64,000 nt of DNA from Nitrospirota bacterium. GTDB taxonomy: Bacteria > Nitrospirota > UBA9217. The notes under the pieces were generated by a model. The model was not told the DNA's origin. It saw only the letters and a list, made by a program, of their open reading frames with translations, and did not search any database. Shown here in pieces: positions 11,361-20,980 of the stretch. The translations under genes and the position numbers were made by a program. Where the stretch lies: assembly GCA_963818475.1 (NCBI GenBank), contig CAWFSF010000005.1:128001-192000 (forward strand), read 5' to 3'. Positions within the stretch are counted from its first letter, which is position 1, and every line of letters begins with the position of its first letter.

Positions 11361-12986
11361 TCAGCATCCAGCGGGAACTGAATTCGAACCTCCGCCGGAC
11401 CTGCCTCCGCCCGAGTTCATGTACGCCTTATCCTCTATCTCGATCCGGTTTACGTCAGTATCATACGAGTTCGGCGTATTGGTGCAGGAGGTTGTGCCGC
11501 CGTTTGAGTTCGTGGTCAAACCGTTTGCGAGAAATGTTGCTGAACACGCGCTTCCGTCGGTTGTCAGCTGCTCTACAGCCTTTCTCGCGAACGCGGTAAA
11601 GGACCAGGTATCGTTAAGGACATGACCTGTCCCTTCTGCGAACGTAACAGACACTCCATTAGCCAGGGGTTGGGGAACACCAGGCGTTATGGCAACACCT
11701 GTTTTCGATGTGGTCGTCCCACTGATGATCCAGCTGAACGTATCCGGAACCCCTTCCGAATCTATGTTCACAATGAATGTGGAATTTGTGGCGCCTGTGA
11801 ACGTGCCGCTCGTCGTTAAATTCAGGCTAGCGGTAGTAGTGACCGCGCTGAAGGGCACTGATTCGTAGTTATAAACAACCAGGTCGCTTCGGGTCGGCAG
11901 ATCCGTTCTCCACGGTGAATTCGGATTGAGCATGCCTTTCATGTTCGGATTTCCCGACAGTTGACCCCATTGTTGCCAGGAACCGTCATACACGGCAGCA
12001 GGCCAACCGAGAATTCCATCAAGAATAAAAAAAGTTACTGAGCTGGCAGCGCCCTTTACACAGTAAAGGTAGGCCGTTTTTGTGCTGTCCAGACCGATAC
12101 TCGTGTTCGTGAAAGCTGTAATCAGTTCATCAACCGTCTTAAATGTGTTGCTGGATGATGAATAGAGGGTGCTTCCCGCAAGTGCCTTGGCGCCCTTTAT
12201 CCGTCCTTCGAATACCGTGAAGTCTCCGGTTGGATTAAATACACTCGACGTAGAACCGCGAACGCCGGCATAGGATCCGGCTGAAGCAGCACTTCTCACG
12301 TCTATGACAACGGCTTCAGGCGCTCTTCCATCAGTGTAGTCTATCATCTCGGCCAGCGAGACCCTCAGATCATCCCGCAAGACGCCGTTATTTTTTACGC
12401 TGTAAGTAGAGCGGGCGACACCAGTGGGGAATTCGGCGATTAACCCATAATCAGTTTTCCAACCTGTGTTCAAGCCGTCCAGCAGTTTCAGCCGGCTTTT
12501 AGGAAATCCCCAATATCTAAAAGTGGCATAGGCCCGTGTGGGGTGAGTGAGAGAGGTTGATGTAAATACTATTGTCGTATTTCCATCGATGCCGTACTTC
12601 TGAATGAGCTCGTCCATTTTCGATCCATCCAGAACTTCGTAGGTTGATGCCCCGACGCCTTCGTTTCGGTTCTGTCCGATGTCCCCGGAATCGACAAACA
12701 GAGCCCCTGGGATATGGCCCTGGGTGTACGTGCCGTAACTGGTAAGATCGAGAATGACCACTCTGTCATAGCCCGTACTGTTTACCTTTCCTTCATCTAT
12801 CCAGGCCTTCAATGTTGACGCAGAGATCAGCGCAGAACCTGTTTGCGTAGTCGATGGTTTTTCATAATCACCGCTGCCGCCGCAACTTACGAAAAAAATC
12901 GCTGCAATGAACACGGCCAGGATAGAGACCGTTATCAATATTTTCCGTTTATTATTCATGATCGATGCCTCCCCCCTAGAGCTCAA
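11361..12986 (-). CDS. Tandem-rhodanese lipoprotein resembling ExtH (probable start 12959)
   Basis: Lipobox FFVSC; GHIPGA, YWGFPKSRLKLLDG, catalytic-loop YCVKGAAS and YDGSWQQW; Gly-rich tail ending in AGC. Confidence 0.8.
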   Translation of the reverse strand: MSSRGEASIMNNKRKILITVSILAVFIAAIFFVSCGGSGDYEKPSTTQTGSALISASTLKAWIDEGKVNSTGYDRVVILDLTSYGTYTQGHIPGALFVDSGDIGQNRNEGVGASTYEVLDGSKMDELIQKYGIDGNTTIVFTSTSLTHPTRAYATFRYWGFPKSRLKLLDGLNTGWKTDYGLIAEFPTGVARSTYSVKNNGVLRDDLRVSLAEMIDYTDGRAPEAVVIDVRSAASAGSYAGVRGSTSSVFNPTGDFTVFEGRIKGAKALAGSTLYSSSSNTFKTVDELITAFTNTSIGLDSTKTAYLYCVKGAASSVTFFILDGILGWPAAVYDGSWQQWGQLSGNPNMKGMLNPNSPWRTDLPTRSDLVVYNYESVPFSAVTTTASLNLTTSGTFTGATNSTFIVNIDSEGVPDTFSWIISGTTTSKTGVAITPGVPQPLANGVSVTFAEGTGHVLNDTWSFTAFARKAVEQLTTDGSACSATFLANGLTTNSNGGTTSCTNTPNSYDTDVNRIEIEDKAYMNSGGGRSGGGSNSVPAGC

Positions 12987-13481
12987 TTACTTCTTTTCGA
13001 GCGGATATCCGGCTTCTTTCCACGCCTTCAGGCCGCCTTTCATATATACGGCATTGGAATAACCGATCTCGTTCATTGATTTTGCTGCGATCGGGGCTTT
13101 TGTATCGAATTCGCAGTACACAATGATCTTGGTCGATTTATTCGGCACCAGCTTATGCAAGTGATGCTCCAGAATACGGGGAGAAAGGCCGACGACACGG
13201 GACATATTCTGTGCGCCCCGGATATGATCCACGGTAAATTCTTTCATGTCTCTGATATCGAGAAGCATGATGTTGTCACTTTTGACATCCCGCTCGGCTA
13301 TTTCTTTTACTTCTTGAATGGAGATGCTTTTAGCCGCTGCTCGTGCCTCTTCCAGGAGCTGATCCGTCGTTTTCTCTGCAGTCCAACCCTTCGCAGCTCC
13401 TGACAACATCAGGATAAGGACAAGTATGATTTTCGAACTTTCCACAATACGCTTCCGGCCCGGTTCGCGATCTAAATGCAT
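12987..13481 (-). CDS. Exported single-domain rhodanese
   Basis: LLDIRD...HIRGA, IIVYCEFDTKA and MKGGLKAWKEAGYP; signal-like N-terminus. Confidence 0.88.
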   Translation of the reverse strand: MHLDREPGRKRIVESSKIILVLILMLSGAAKGWTAEKTTDQLLEEARAAAKSISIQEVKEIAERDVKSDNIMLLDIRDMKEFTVDHIRGAQNMSRVVGLSPRILEHHLHKLVPNKSTKIIVYCEFDTKAPIAAKSMNEIGYSNAVYMKGGLKAWKEAGYPLEKK

Positions 13482-13669
13482 GACGTTCCCCCTTTAACTC
13501 AAGCTGATTGAAAATCTTCCAAAATTATATTTACCCGGAAGCTCAAAACTGATCTTCCGAGAGCAGTGTCAAGTGCTCTAGCGTTCCCTTGAGAAATAAA
13601 ACGGTCGTTACCACTAACAAGATACGCCTTATTCCTGCAGGCGATTCGAAAAGAACGGGACAATGCTTC

Positions 13670-13707
13670 AAAAAAAGCAGGGGATCTCCTTGCAGAGATC
13701 CCCTTTT
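13670..13707 (-). terminator. Intrinsic terminator after rhodanese 13716..14276
   Basis: Stem GGGGATCTC/GAGATCCCC with a U-tract on the minus strand. Confidence 0.75.
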
Positions 13708-13715
13708 GATGGTTT

Positions 13716-14276
13716 TTACTTCTCGAGCGGATATCCTCCGCCATATATTAATTGAGCAGCAGCCTTGCTTGAATAAACCTTCATCGAAGTAGCCCCGTTC
13801 CAGGACATCATCCCGAAACGGAGAGCAAATGCATCATAGCCCAACAGGTTAAGAACAGCGGTGGTCATTGACGCCGTCTGTCCGGTATAGCAAACAGCGA
13901 GAATCGGTTTATCCGTAGGATAGAGGACAAGGTTCTCAGGTTTTGCGATCACCGCGAAGGGAACATTGACGGCACCCGGGATGTGGCCGATGTTATAATC
14001 TGCCGCTGACCGAATATCGAGAACAAAGAAATCGCTCAGGTCATCATAAGGATTTGCGGAATCGTTGATTCCATCCGTAAATGTCGAGGCAAAAATGGTG
14101 CGTCCGGGACCGCTGAAAAAATCATCTGCGCGCTTCGCTGCCATCGCAAATTGTCCCGGCGGTAGCGGTGCAGCTGATGTAACTGCGCTGGCAATCTCGC
14201 CGACTTCTTCATCTGCAAAAACAGGTGCCGCAAAAGCAAACATCGATACGAGTAACAGAGCTGAAATCTTTTTCAT
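13716..14276 (-). CDS. Exported rhodanese-domain protein (paralog A)
   Basis: Signal peptide; VLDIRSAADYNIGHIPGA, CYTGQTAS and LRFGMMSW. Confidence 0.9.
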   Translation of the reverse strand: MKKISALLLVSMFAFAAPVFADEEVGEIASAVTSAAPLPPGQFAMAAKRADDFFSGPGRTIFASTFTDGINDSANPYDDLSDFFVLDIRSAADYNIGHIPGAVNVPFAVIAKPENLVLYPTDKPILAVCYTGQTASMTTAVLNLLGYDAFALRFGMMSWNGATSMKVYSSKAAAQLIYGGGYPLEK

Positions 14277-14351
14277 GATGTCCCTCCCATTTTTTACGAT
14301 TTTTTTTCGGCCGCTTCTTCCTTACTTAAAACCCTCCTTTCCAAGGGTAAG

Positions 14352-14387
14352 CATAAAGTACTACAAAAGTATAGTGAAGAGCTTATC
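14352..14387. promoter_or_regulatory. Conserved upstream operator-like motif (shared with 26035-26068)
   Basis: TAAAGTAcTACAAAAGTAT...AGCTTATC, nearly identical to the sequence upstream of rhodanese paralog B. Confidence 0.6.
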
Positions 14388-14731
14388 TACATTTGTAATT
14401 TTTGTCAAATACTTTTTAGTACTCAGGATATCATTGTTATTATTGACATAATTCAGACGTTAGTCGACAGATAGTGTTAGTTATTGTGCTGGCGTGTGGT
14501 CTGGAAGGGCTAGCGTTCAAGGGGAATGAGCGGATAAAAGCATGACATGATCGAGTTCTGCGGCAAGGGAAGGAGAACCAACCTGCTTGGTGGCCTGTGA
14601 CCGTGCCCTGCGGTGTTCGAGCGCTTAATAAACAGCGCGCGATGTCACTGCTGCAACGATCAGTGCCCGTTTCCCGGCGAATACTTTTAGTTGCAGTCAT
14701 GAATTTCTTCTATTTCCAATCCGCTGACCGT

Positions 14732-14779
14732 GGTGATTCATATCACATCTCATTTGTTGGATTTATGCTTTACTATAAT
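14732..14779 (+). promoter_or_regulatory. CRP/FNR-family-like box followed by TATAAT
   Basis: GGTGA-ttcata-TCACA at 14732-14747 and TATAAT at 14774-14779, upstream of gene 14962. Confidence 0.45.
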
Positions 14780-14961
14780 CCTTAGGTCGCAGAATCAGAT
14801 CAGAAAGGAGGTTGGTCGGGCCATACAGGGGAGGTTGTTCTGGAAGGTTACTTTTTATTAATAGGGCGGCTATGAAACCACCCGGCCGATATGGGCGCCA
14901 GGGTAGGTGGTGGAGCCAGTGGCGCAACCAGCCGACTTACTACGCAGTAAGGAGGCCGCAA

Positions 14962-15816
14962 ATGAAGAATCCGTTAAAGGTAATCCTGTTAGTTTTTTTC
15001 GTAGCTGCATCACTTGACCCAGTTCCTGCCTTTGCGACCAAGCCTGGTCAAATCGTGAACCCCAATGGATTCCCGTTCGGGGAGCACTATAATCTCAACA
15101 TCATCGCGAAGAAAGACGGGTTTGCCTGCGAACAGCAGGTTGACGAGTATGGGAACCCGGTTTACGGCAACGTTGTTTTCGTGCCGTTGAACGGAAACAA
15201 CATCAAGATCGAGATGCAGTCTGGTACGGGAAAGAAAGCGGCCGATATCACGAATTTGCAAGCGATTGACCCCTGCACGGCAAGCATGGACGGAGACGCT
15301 GCTCTCATCCAGATCCCGAAGAACGATCTCGGGTACCGGGTATACGCCAGGGCGCTGGCAACACCGACGGACGAGCCGTCGATGCAGATCGCGGGCGGTC
15401 TCGTCGCGGCTGTTGACGAATACGGCAACGACCTTGTTTATCTCGGCCTGGTCACCAGCACCGGCTTCGAGACGCCCTATGGTTCGTTCTCAAGAACGAA
15501 GGGGCAGTCGCGCGCACAGGATATTACCGGTTTGTTCGAATGGAGCGGGAGCGTCTGCTACGTCTCCGCGGCCGATTGCACCGACTCGTGCACAACAACG
15601 AACCTGTGCTGCACGCCCGGCGCTGTTGCAGGCACCTATGACAGCTGCGCGCCGAAAGTGGACCTCTGTTCCCTGGGCACCGTCGATGTAACCGCTGCGT
15701 GCAGGACCTACACGCATGAGTGGATCTTCAATATAGCCGATTTTGTCACCTATCTCTGGGATATCGATAACAGCGGAGTAAAAAATCTGCAGGTCCGTTT
15801 CTATCCGAATAAGTAA
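14962..15816 (+). CDS. Secreted Cys-rich hypothetical protein
   Basis: AGGAGG RBS before ATG 14962; signal peptide ending AFA; Cys cluster near the C-terminus; followed by a terminator. Confidence 0.85.
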   Translation: MKNPLKVILLVFFVAASLDPVPAFATKPGQIVNPNGFPFGEHYNLNIIAKKDGFACEQQVDEYGNPVYGNVVFVPLNGNNIKIEMQSGTGKKAADITNLQAIDPCTASMDGDAALIQIPKNDLGYRVYARALATPTDEPSMQIAGGLVAAVDEYGNDLVYLGLVTSTGFETPYGSFSRTKGQSRAQDITGLFEWSGSVCYVSAADCTDSCTTTNLCCTPGAVAGTYDSCAPKVDLCSLGTVDVTAACRTYTHEWIFNIADFVTYLWDIDNSGVKNLQVRFYPNK

Positions 15817-15826
15817 CGGTCATCCT

Positions 15827-15853
15827 GGGGAGGCGCCTGCGCCTCCCCTTTTT
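15827..15853 (+). terminator. Intrinsic terminator
   Basis: GGGGAGGCGC/GCGCCTCCCC hairpin followed by TTTTT. Confidence 0.8.
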
Positions 15854-15857
15854 CCAA

Positions 15858-17054
15858 TCAAAAACCTTTAACACGCGATCTGTTAGGCTTCTCCTTACCC
15901 GCATCAGCGTCCTGCCCTTTCATCTCCAGGCGATAGATGCCGCCTCGGGCGTGATCCGCGATGTACAGCTCTCCGTCCTCGTCCTCTCCAAAGGTGGAGA
16001 TCGAAAGTTTCGTGCGCGCAAGCTCCTGCGCAAGCCACTGTTCCCCGCTTCTCTTCATGCCCCAGACCCGTCCGGAGCAATAATCGCCGTAGAGGTAGAT
16101 GCCGTTGAGCAGCGGGAACGTCCTGCCGCGATAGACCATGCCGCCGGTCACGGAACAGCCCGCGTCATGATCGTACTCGGCAACAGGCAGGACCAGGCCG
16201 GAGGTGGCGCAGGTCTTCGCTCTGAAGCAGTGCATGCCTTCCATGATGTTCCATCCGTAGTTCTCGCCGCCTCTGCTCGATGCAGGCTGGACATTCACTT
16301 CCTCGTACGTGTTCTGGCCCACGTCGGCAATAAAGAGATCGCCGGTCTTCCGGTCAAAAGAAAAACGCCAGGGATTCCGCAGGCCGAACGCCCAGATCTC
16401 CGGACGTGCGCCCTTCTTCCCTACGAAGAGATTGGAGGTCGGAACGCCATAGGGCTTCACGTTTGATTCAACGTCGATCCGGAGCAGCTTGCCCAATAAC
16501 GTGTCAAGCTTCTGTCCGTTCCCGTAAGGATCGCCCGCTGACCCGCCGTCGCCCATGCCGATATAGAGGTAGCCGTCCGGGCCGAACGCAAGCTGTCCGC
16601 CGTTGTGATTGGCGAAGGGCTGCTTGACCATCAGGATCACTTCTTCACTCGCTGCATCCGCCCGGTCCGGGTCCTTCGTGGTACGGAACCGTGCGACCAC
16701 GGTGTCTCCCTCCCTGTTCGTATAGTTCACATAGAAGCGGCCTTGCTCCGAATAACCGGGAGGAAAGGCCACGCTCAGCAAGCCCCGTTCTCCGCAGCAC
16801 TTCACGCGCCCGCGGATGTCGAGGAAGGGTCCCTTGAGCTGAACGCCGTCCCGGACGATCACGATCCTTCCGGCCTGCTCGGTGATGAACAGCCTCCTGC
16901 TCCCGTCATTGGCATGGGTGATGGAGGTGGGGTTCTCAACGGATGCGATCTTCTTCCCCGGTGCAAGAGCGGGCCAGGAAAGTGCTGCAGCCAGGGAAAA
17001 AGATGGAACAAAAAGAAGCATAAGAGCGGATGCGACAACGGGATGCCGGCGCAT
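15858..17054 (-). CDS. PQQ-dependent sugar (glucose/sorbosone) dehydrogenase family
   Basis: GERGLLSVAF, NHNGGQLAFGPDGYLYIGMGDGG, GLRNPWRFSFD and DVGQNTYEE; signal peptide. Confidence 0.92.
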   Translation of the reverse strand: MRRHPVVASALMLLFVPSFSLAAALSWPALAPGKKIASVENPTSITHANDGSRRLFITEQAGRIVIVRDGVQLKGPFLDIRGRVKCCGERGLLSVAFPPGYSEQGRFYVNYTNREGDTVVARFRTTKDPDRADAASEEVILMVKQPFANHNGGQLAFGPDGYLYIGMGDGGSAGDPYGNGQKLDTLLGKLLRIDVESNVKPYGVPTSNLFVGKKGARPEIWAFGLRNPWRFSFDRKTGDLFIADVGQNTYEEVNVQPASSRGGENYGWNIMEGMHCFRAKTCATSGLVLPVAEYDHDAGCSVTGGMVYRGRTFPLLNGIYLYGDYCSGRVWGMKRSGEQWLAQELARTKLSISTFGEDEDGELYIADHARGGIYRLEMKGQDADAGKEKPNRSRVKGF

Positions 17055-17131
17055 AGGAACCTCCATAAGGACTACCTGCTGGTAAGGATAACACGGCGAA
17101 GAACGGTAACGGAGCCCTGCGCTTCGATGCT

Positions 17132-17910
17132 CTAGAGCTTGTTCAGATACGCGATGAGGTCTTCCATCTCGTCCTCTGCGAGATAGGCAAAGGACGGCAT
17201 GCTCCCCATCGGCTGGCGGAGCTGGAAGCGGATGCTCTCGGCAGTGGCCGGATGCCCGCTCTTCGGAAGCGTTGGGTGCTTTCAGCAGGCCTTTGAGCCC
17301 CGGACCCACGATCGTTCGGTGCTCAAGGGATCGTGGCAGGCCGAGCACCGGGCAGCGAAGAGCGTTCCTGCCCCGCGCGATGCTCCGGCGGTCGGTCCTG
17401 ATCGCGGCCGCGCCCGGCACCGCCCATCCGCGCGATCGTCAGGAACGGACGCTCCAGCCGGTAGTAGACGCTCTTGTCCGCGGACCGGTCCTGGCCGAAA
17501 CGGGTCATGGTCAGGAAGTATCCGGCAGAGATGCCGATCATCACGATGCTCATGACCCCGATCACGATGCCGATGGTCTTTGCCTGCGCATAGAACTGGC
17601 GAAAGCGCCGGACGAACAGCACCTTGATGGCGAGGAGCGTCAGGATCGAAAGGGCGAGTACGATATGGACCACTGCGCGGGGAGAAGGTTCTGCCTTTGA
17701 TGCGGCCGCGAAGCCGGCGCACAGGTAGGAAACGAAGAGCAGGATCAGTACATACAGATAGCCGGAAAGCTTATGACGAAGTTTGACGCGCGTGACGTTT
17801 TCGGTAGCCGCACCGCCGAAGACCTGGAACATGCTGTACATGCCGTAGACAGCAGCCGCCAGGAGCAGGAGGGACAGGAGCGATTTTATGAAAAAGATGG
17901 TCATAGTCAT
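17132..17910 (-). CDS. Membrane protein (four TM, His ligands) fused to a class I cytochrome c (multiple frameshifts)
   Basis: TM domain with RHKLSG and VVHIVLA. Downstream frames give LFAARCSACH, VGPGLKGLLK and MPSFAYL..DEMEDLIAYLNKL, with stop at 17132. Confidence 0.75.
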
Positions 17911-17974
17911 TATCCGGAGAAACAGAAGGTGAACCTGCTTCTCGCACCAAAGAGCATGGACCTAAAAACGGCAT

Positions 17975-18109
17975 TTGGACACGGAAGAATCGAAAACATC
18001 TGATTAACGCGGATAAATTCTATAGCAAAACATTCATCTATTGGGTGAACCTCTTATAAAGAAATAATCCGCCGTTATCCGGCTCTTATCCGTGTTTATC
18101 CGTGTCCAA
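17975..18109. repeat. MITE-like intergenic element, copy 1
   Basis: Perfect 11-bp terminal IR TTGGACACGGA/TCCGTGTCCAA with internal TTATCCG repeats. Confidence 0.75.
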
Positions 18110-18149
18110 GTGCTTTTTTAAGGATGAAAGGAACTTCAGCATGCTTGTA

Positions 18150-18725
18150 TCACAACGTCCTTTGTCTGTTTATGATCGACATGAATTCCTCTCTTGTCGC
18201 GGGGTTGGACCGGAACACTCCGAGGACCGACGAGGTCACGAACAGGGAGTTCTGTTTTTCCACGCCGCGCATCATCATGCAAAGGTGGCGCGCTTCGATC
18301 ATCACGCCAACGCCGTCGGCATTGATCGAATCCTTGATGGCATAGGCTATCTGCTCGGTCAAACGCTCCTGGATCTGAAGCCGCCTCGCATACATGTCCA
18401 CGAGCCGGGCCAGCTTGCTGATGCCGAAGACCTTCCCCCGGGGAATATACCCGATGTGGCACCGGCCGTAGAACGGCAGCATGTGGTGCTCGCACATGCT
18501 GTAGACCTCGATGTCCTTCACCACGACCATACTGGTCGTCTCTTGTTCGAATATCGCCTGATTGATCAGCCCCTGGACGTCAGCGTCATATCCCGAGGTC
18601 AGGTAGGAAAGGGAGGCGGCGACGCGCCGGGGCGTGGCAGCGAGCCCCTCCCGGTCCGGGTCCTCGCCGAGCTCGACGAGCAATTGTCTGACCAGGGTTT
18701 GGATCCGTTCACTGTTTCCGTCCAT
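18150..18725 (-). CDS. folE: GTP cyclohydrolase I
   Basis: [38 protein letters not shown] and HLCMMMRGV. Confidence 0.97.
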   Translation of the reverse strand: MDGNSERIQTLVRQLLVELGEDPDREGLAATPRRVAASLSYLTSGYDADVQGLINQAIFEQETTSMVVVKDIEVYSMCEHHMLPFYGRCHIGYIPRGKVFGISKLARLVDMYARRLQIQERLTEQIAYAIKDSINADGVGVMIEARHLCMMMRGVEKQNSLFVTSSVLGVFRSNPATREEFMSIINRQRTL

Positions 18726-19236
18726 GGACTGTCCCCTTTCGGAGCCGCTCTGTATAGTCTTGCAGCGGTTTCATGGCATCCCGCGGCAACGCTGCTGCTA
18801 TGTCGCCTATGCGCAGGTCCGATCCCGGAAGCTGCAGGTCCGGCGCAAGTTCATGGAGCGGAATTGCGAGGAACGGCCTCCGGACGATATCAGGGTCCGG
18901 CAGCGTCAGACCCTCGGTTGCCATTACCAACTGGTCATACAGGACCAGGTCAAGGTCGATCGTCCGCGCAGCATAACGATCGTCGCTCCGAACACGGCCC
19001 AGCTCTTTCTCGATCCTCCGCAATACCTGCTGTTTCAATTCCACGGGCATAACGTCGGTCTCGATCTCCGCGACACAGTTATAGTAAGGCGGCTGCCCGG
19101 ATCTCCCCACGGCTTCTGTCAGGTAGACCGTGGATATTCCCCTGACCTGCACCGCTGTAGAGAGCAGGCGGATAGCCTTTTCAACGTTCTCGGCCGGTTC
19201 GACGTTCGAGCCGATACCCACAAAAGCCCGGGCCAT
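18709..19236 (-). CDS. folK: 6-hydroxymethyl-7,8-dihydropterin pyrophosphokinase
   Basis: [19 protein letters not shown] and [10 protein letters not shown]. Confidence 0.93.
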   Translation of the reverse strand: MARAFVGIGSNVEPAENVEKAIRLLSTAVQVRGISTVYLTEAVGRSGQPPYYNCVAEIETDVMPVELKQQVLRRIEKELGRVRSDDRYAARTIDLDLVLYDQLVMATEGLTLPDPDIVRRPFLAIPLHELAPDLQLPGSDLRIGDIAAALPRDAMKPLQDYTERLRKGTVHGRKQ

Positions 19237-19238
19237 GG

Positions 19239-19595
19239 CTAGGCGCCCCGACTCCGGGTGATCTCGACGCCCACGCTTCGCGCGAAGCGCAACGCAGTCG
19301 GTTTTTCCACCCGCACCCGTGCCTGATAAACCGCCGTGTGTTCGAGGCAGATCTCAGCGATCCTTTCTGCCAGGGCCTCCACGAGAAAGAACTGGGAACC
19401 CTCGGCCATGGCGACGATCTGTTTCTTGAGAGCCGCATAGTCTACCGAGTCCTCGATACGGTCGCTTTTGCCGGCTTTGTGAAGGTCGACGGACAGCGAC
19501 AGGTTGATCAGTACGTCCTGCTTATTCTTTCGTTCGTCGTCGCCAATGCCGATGATGCATCGCACGAGAAGGTCACTGATCAGGATCCGGTCCAT
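19239..19595 (-). CDS. folB: Dihydroneopterin aldolase / FolX-like epimerase
   Basis: IIGIGDDERKNKQDVLINL, SVDY, LVEALAERIA and KPTALRFARSVGVEI. Confidence 0.9.
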   Translation of the reverse strand: MDRILISDLLVRCIIGIGDDERKNKQDVLINLSLSVDLHKAGKSDRIEDSVDYAALKKQIVAMAEGSQFFLVEALAERIAEICLEHTAVYQARVRVEKPTALRFARSVGVEITRSRGA

Positions 19596-20364
19596 GGCCT
19601 TCCTCCAGAAGGTGCCGGCCGCCGTCAACGTAAATGATCTGGCCGGTCACATAATCGCTTTTGAGCAGATAGATCACCGCGTCTGCGATATCTTGCGGCC
19701 CGCCGTGTTTCCTGAGGGGGACCTTCTCTGCAAGTCGGTCAAGGTAGGCCTCATCCTTTCCCGCGGGCGGGAGGATAAGGCCGGGCGCCACTCCGTTCAC
19801 GGCGAAGGCGGGGGCGAATTCCAGCGCGCATAACCTGGTCAGGGACGCGAGCATCTGCTTGCTCAGAAGGTACGCCATATGCGTCTGGTCACGTCCCGTG
19901 ATGCGGGAATCGAGCAGGTTGATGATCTTGCCGCCGCCCGCAAGCCTGGCAAAATCGCGGGAGAGGACAAAAGGGGCCCAAGCATTCACCTGCACATGCC
20001 GCATGACGTCATTGAACCCTGCATCCTGGACGGTGCTGGGGAGAAAAATGGAGGCATTGTTGATGAGGATGTCAAGGCCCCCGGCTGCCTTCTGTGCCTG
20101 CACGATCAGGGACTCGTATTCTTCAGGCTTCTCCAGATCTGCCATGACCCTCCAGGCCTTTGCTCCGCAGTTTGCTACTTCGTCGCAAACCTTTCTTGTC
20201 TCTGCTTCCTGCGCCTTGCGGTCGTGAGCAACGATGTGCACGCCTTCCTCGGCAAGAGCGATCGCGATGGCCCGTCCTATGCGCTTGCTCGCACCCGTTA
20301 CCAGCGCGACCTTGCCCTTCAGTTTCTGCAAGGTCGCTTTGTCCCCGCTGAGATGCCCGGTCAT
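19573..20364 (-). CDS. FolM/PTR1-like pteridine reductase (SDR)
   Basis: TGASKRIG (Arg typical of pteridine reductases), INNAS, YLLSK; lies inside the pterin operon. Confidence 0.85.
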   Translation of the reverse strand: MTGHLSGDKATLQKLKGKVALVTGASKRIGRAIAIALAEEGVHIVAHDRKAQEAETRKVCDEVANCGAKAWRVMADLEKPEEYESLIVQAQKAAGGLDILINNASIFLPSTVQDAGFNDVMRHVQVNAWAPFVLSRDFARLAGGGKIINLLDSRITGRDQTHMAYLLSKQMLASLTRLCALEFAPAFAVNGVAPGLILPPAGKDEAYLDRLAEKVPLRKHGGPQDIADAVIYLLKSDYVTGQIIYVDGGRHLLEEGHGPDPDQ

Positions 20365-20708
20365 GCGGCGTTCTCGCGCAGCAGGGGGGCCGTCAGCAGG
20401 TCTATTTTCGCAGCAACGATGAAGTCGTTCATCGATAGACCGCCGATCTTGTGTGTTGACAGTTTCAGCAGGACCTTATCATAGGAAATGAACATGTCCG
20501 GATGGTGGTCCTGCTCATTCGCCAGATCCGCGACGCGGTTCACGAAGTCCATGGCCGCGCGAAAATCTTTGAAACGCAGTTCTCTTTCGATCGTCCGTTC
20601 ACCAATCGACCAGAGCGGGATTTGTTGCAGCAGCTCTTTGGCTTCCCGACTCGACAAAGAAACGGTCCCCTTTGCTACGGGCTTTGCGGTCTGTTCCGAG
20701 AGTTTCAT
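20361..20708 (-). CDS. Pterin-4-alpha-carbinolamine dehydratase
   Basis: FKDFRAAMDFVNRVA, DHHPD and THKIGGLSMNDF. Confidence 0.93.
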   Translation of the reverse strand: MKLSEQTAKPVAKGTVSLSSREAKELLQQIPLWSIGERTIERELRFKDFRAAMDFVNRVADLANEQDHHPDMFISYDKVLLKLSTHKIGGLSMNDFIVAAKIDLLTAPLLRENAA

Positions 20709-20768
20709 GGGATCATCTCCTTTCTTACGAGCGATCGCCAATCCTGGCGCTCCAAGAAGAACCTTTCA

Positions 20769-20968
20769 GGAGAAATGGAGAAAAATGGCGAAATGGGGAT
20801 TAATTCTTAATTAAAAGACGCTTACCCCTTTTCTCCCAACTTCCCCCTTTCTCCTCCAAAGAGGTTCTTGCAACGTAAGTATGAATGAACCAAACTTAAA
20901 GATTTCCTTTGCGTGCTTTGCGAGAGACGCCTTTGTTGTTCCGATGTTCTTTTGTGCCTTCTGTGGCC
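20769..20968. repeat. Stack of short-period intergenic repeats
   Basis: GGAGAAAT/GGCGAAAT/GGGGA arm opposite CCCCTTTTCTCC/CCCCTTTCTCC, then CTTTGCGTGCTTTGCG and CTTTTGTGCCTTCTGTGGC. Confidence 0.5.
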
Positions 20969-20980
20969 AACCAGCCGGTG

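Noticed and set aside
15858-17420. 520-aa extended sugar dehydrogenase
   Set aside because: The extra N-terminus is read-through from the frameshifted cytochrome gene. The RBS and signal peptide point to a start at 17054.
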